DNA of 64,000 nucleotides from Octopus sinensis (Eukaryota). Positions 60,103-64,000 of this stretch are shown in pieces. Numbering within the stretch: the stretch's first letter is position 1; every line of letters begins with the position of its first letter. The notes beneath the pieces were generated by a model. The model saw only the letters and a program-made list of their open reading frames with translations. It did no database searches and had not been told where the DNA came from. Location: NCBI RefSeq assembly GCF_006345805.1, contig NC_043002.1, positions 9,300,001-9,364,000 on the forward strand. The letters run 5' to 3'. The position numbers were made by a program, and so were the translations under genes.

Positions 60103-60759
60103 GTGCATATAATTTTGTATATTCCTTTTCATTTTATTATATAATACGTGAAAATGAGAACTACATATTAATTTTCAGTATGTTACACACCTGTATTCAC
60201 CTTTGTCTTACCTGTTAATGAGATTTTTTTTATTAGATGCATTCTGTTACATAAATGAATTCGTTAAATTGTATAAGAGTGCATAGCCAATGGTATATTG
60301 ACTAGTAAAAGAGTTTTGTACTTTATTTTCAATGATGACGTTTGAATGAAATATAGAAAAAGAGTAAAATCTTCTACCGATTACACCTGTATTTTAATTA
60401 ATTCAAATTAATGTACCTCATCTTGAAAAATGTAAAATTGTGGGCGGTTGACGTCTGGGATAATTTTAGCAGCAAACCAAACAGGTAAGATGTATTAAGA
60501 ATATGAATTTTAGTGTTTATTCATAATGTTATTGTTTTAACACCTGTTAATTAAATTTACCAGCCCATAAAAGTCAAATTTAGTCAGAAAGATCAGCTAA
60601 AATTACGTAATTATAAACCACTGGCATATAAGCACCCAATTACAAAGTTTCAAAGCTGTATGTAGAAAATTAACAAAGTTACAAGCAAATATTGTGGACA
60701 CCCCACTTGAACCTGAATAAATAAAAATTATTGTGAACAGATAAGCATTACATTTAACA

Positions 60760-60785
60760 AATTAATCTGAACACTAAAGGGTTAA
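60760..60785 (+). repeat. piggyBac-type right terminus followed by TTAA
   Basis: TTAATCTGAACACTAAAGGG|TTAA; no matching left TIR found in the window. Confidence 0.6.
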
Positions 60786-63077
60786 AACAGTATAACTACC
60801 CATTATGTAGTCCAGAGGAAATCTTGAAACTAAATGGTGGTAAATTGTTCTCAAGATTAAATCTGTCTGATGTCTACTTGCAGATACAAGTGGAAGACAA
60901 ATGTTCTAAGCTACTAACAATCAATACACATAAAGGTTTGTGCAAGTTTAACTGACTTCCATTTGGCATATAAGTTGCTCTGGCTAGATTTCAACAAGTG
61001 ATGGATACGATGCTTGCAGAGTGTGACTTTGTAATGGCCTCAGCATGCCGAGCACGTAAAATGTGTTTGAAAAAATAAGGGATTATGGCTTCACTTTGAG
61101 TAAGGAGAGTGTGATTTTTTCTTACCTCAAATTAAATATTTAGGATAAATTATTGATAAAAATGGTTGTTGACCAGATCCGTTGAGGGCAGATGCTATTA
61201 GAAAAAAAATGCTCCCTCAAACAAATATATCTACCTTGCAAGCTTTTCTGGGACTCGCAAACTATTACTTATATATCAATTATGCGTAAAGTAAGAGCTC
61301 CACTAAATAATCTACTAAAAAAGAGGAATTGGTCTGAAAATGGTCAGAAGTCATTCAACAAAATTAAAAAGGTATTAACATCTGATTTGTCTTTAGTACA
61401 TTTTGATCTTGCAGTGGAGATTGTAGTAGCTTCAGGTGCCTCTGAATACGGTACCGGAGCAGTAATGCGACTTAAATATAAAGATGGTAACACAAAGGCT
61501 GTGGTTTATGCCTCACATTCACAACTACCTGCAGAAAAAAATTACAACCACATTGAAAAAGAGGCTCTAGCAATTATTTTTGCAATTAAAAAAATTTCAT
61601 AGATTTTTACATGGTAGAAATTTTTGACTACAGACTGTCCATTATCATCTATATGTGGGTCGAAGAAAGGAATCCTTACCCATACTGCTAATAGGTTGCA
61701 ACACTGGGGTGCTATATTACTAAACTATGACTTGGAGTTTATACCATTTCCCATTGGTCACCCAGGGATTTTGCGAATGAAATCTTTAATGAGAAGTTAT
61801 GTGTATTAGCCAAGAATGGACTGTAAAATTGAACTAGTGAAAGCATGCAGAGGTTGTACCCAAGCTGCAAAAGTACCTACCACTAAATGGCAACCATGGC
61901 CAAAAACAGACATTCCATGGTCCACTGCATGTTGATAATGCAGGTCCACTTAAGAGTTCATATTACCTTGTGGTAGATAGTTTTTCAAAGTGGCCAGAAG
62001 TATGGAAGTGCAAAAAGCTGACATCTACAGTAAGTCTTTTTTATACAAATTGTTCACCAGATATGGTATTACTGATACCGTTGTGTCTGATAATGGAACT
62101 CAGTTTACTTCAAATGAGTTCAAAAATCTTTGTAAAACGTTCCTTATGTCATCACATATCATGCTGGGTCAAATGGACAAGCAGAGCCTTTTGTTGATAT
62201 TTTAAAGAGGGCTTTAAAAAAAAGGCGAACAATGACATAATGGATGATTTAGCATTTCAACAATTTCTATGAGTGTACCTATGAATAACACCTAATCTGA
62301 ATACCCCCATCTGGAATGTCACCTGTGGAATTAACCCTTTCGTTACCAACCCGGCTGAAACCGGCTTTGGCTCTGGGTACAAATGTCTTGTTTTCATAAG
62401 TTTTAAATTAAAGTCTTCCACCAAACCTTAGTCACAATTTATGTTCCTAACACCAGCTGAATGATAACTAAGTTATTTTACTAAATTCTTTGTTATATTT
62501 TAAATTAATTGAAAGAAACACAGAACATCTCAAAATAAATACAGTAACGAAAGGGTTAATGTTTGCTAGAAAGATTAGATCTGTCTTTAACAAGTTGATA
62601 CCGAGTAAAAACAGAAAAATGGTGAACAACAAATATACTCCAAAACAGTTCAAGTAGCATGGCAAAGGTTTTTTTAAAATTGTACAGATATGATAAAGAA
62701 AGCTGGGGGGGGGGGGGGACGTTGTAATTATTAAACAAATTGAAAAAATGTTATTCCTGGTAAAAGGAAAAAAATTTTGAACATTTTTGAACAGCAGTGC
62801 ACCAGCATGGCCACAGCTCTGAGCTGAAACTACAGAAAAAAAAATAATAAAAGACATAAACCAACTAAAAAAAAAGATGTATGGAAGAAACAGTCACAAG
62901 AGATGAAATCACCATAGAAGTATTGTATGATGTGTTTGAGGCAGCAACACTCAAACAAATTGAAACTACAGGTTCAAGTAACAGAAAAAGGAAAGGAATG
63001 AAAATACTGGAATTCAATCCTAAGCATAAGAGATATTAAAACTCTGGACAGAGTTTGATTTTCAAAAAGGAAAGAAG
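60786..63077 (+). mobile_element. Ty3/Gypsy LTR retrotransposon pol relic (RT, RNase H, integrase)
   Basis: LLTINTHKGL..FN.LPFGI, IKYLG, ASEYGTGAV, EKNYNHIEKEALAIIFA, HPGILRMKSLMRSYV, VDSFSKWPEV, VVSDNGTQFTS, SPVELMFARKIRS; purine tract at about 63065-63077. Confidence 0.9.
62335..62555. mobile_element. piggyBac-type MITE with TTAA TSD in the Gypsy integrase
   Basis: TTAA|CCCTTTCGTTAC...GTAACGAAAGGG|TTAA; excision restores GAA TTA ATG TTT (ELMF). Confidence 0.92.
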
Positions 63078-63139
63078 TTATGGAAGGCTCATTCTCAAAT
63101 GTAGAAGGATCCTGATCACCAACACTGAAAGTGGACTAA

Positions 63140-63480
63140 TATCATCATCATTTAATGTCGGTTTTCCATGCTAGCATGGGTTGGACGGTTCGACCGGGGT
63201 CTGGGAAGCCAGGAGGCTGCACCAGGCTCCAGTCTGATCTGGCAGTGTTTCTACAGCTGGATGCCCTTCCTAACGCCAACCACTCTGTGAGTGTAGTGGC
63301 TGCTTTTTACATGCCAGGGGAGGCTGGCAGCGGCCACGATCGGTTGGTGCTTTTTACGTGCCACCGGCACAGAAGCCAGTCAAAGTGGCGCTGGCATCGA
63401 CCACGTACGGATGGTGCTTTTTACGTGCCACCGGCACAGGTATCACAACTACAATTTCCATTTGATATTTATTTTGATAA
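63140..63480 (-). mobile_element. RTE 3' UTR fragment
   Basis: (CAT)n, conserved end, three array units. Confidence 0.85.
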
Positions 63481-64000
63481 GAAGTGTCGAGTTGATAGTT
63501 GGCAGTCAACAGCATTGATCGTTGGTATTAGATTACTGTGTTCGTTTAAATTCACACCTACATTTGGCATAGTATGTGGTACGTTCTGCATGAACATATT
63601 AACTCTGTGAAAGGTTATCCTAGATAACCATATCCAAATATTTATTTAGGTAATACTGTTCCTACACCCTTGTGCACACCCCAACGTTGTCATAACATTA
63701 ATGGCGATGAGATATTCAAACCCTGTGACATACACTACAACACCAGTCATTGGGTTTGACACCCTTTTATATGCCTTGTTGACACCATTTCTTTAAAAAT
63801 TAAGGTACAAACTTCTTTTCAAACGTTGAAAAAAACCATGTGGTCTAAACAATTTAACAGTGTTTATACTTGAATAAAGGCGGGAAAGGCTTTATCTCAC
63901 ATTATCTCAAAGTTATGAGAATTCGATAATGTAATTTGTTTATTTTTTAGCGATTTCATAGAGCAGTTGGATACAGCCGGAGTTATTCTGAGCATCTCTG

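Noticed and set aside
63780-63850. Possible upstream RSBN1 exon end (QRLKR)
   Set aside because: The expected upstream conserved sequence (WxRPGEQ-like) is absent; no upstream exon could be identified in the window.

Overview
AT-rich, repeat-dense eukaryotic (metazoan) DNA; the SINE/LINE repertoire suggests a coleoid cephalopod (octopus), which is an inference. The only host gene I can support is the 3' part of an RSBN1/RSBN1L (KDM9)-like gene on the minus strand: three exons at 44480-44313, 44187-44076 and 43228-40796, with upstream exons not found. The rest is mostly transposon-derived: a near-complete 3.7 kb RTE LINE with a PHD-like finger, about 18 RTE 3'-end fragments, two tRNA-derived SINE families, two Penelope-like elements (PLEs), L1/Tx1 and CR1 fragments, three non-autonomous Helitrons, piggyBac, hAT, mariner and Gypsy relics, several MITEs and a 2.2 kb (TA)n block. 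The most interesting signal is a set of four unrelated non-coding modules, each carrying a minimal type I hammerhead-ribozyme-like fold with a palindromic stem III. Across them the core 3-8 base pair covaries (C-G, G-C, U-A), and three sit in tandem or hairpin arrangements typical of PLE termini or retrozymes. No CRISPR, rRNA or true tRNA genes were seen. Repeat boundaries are approximate unless a TSD or TIR is quoted.
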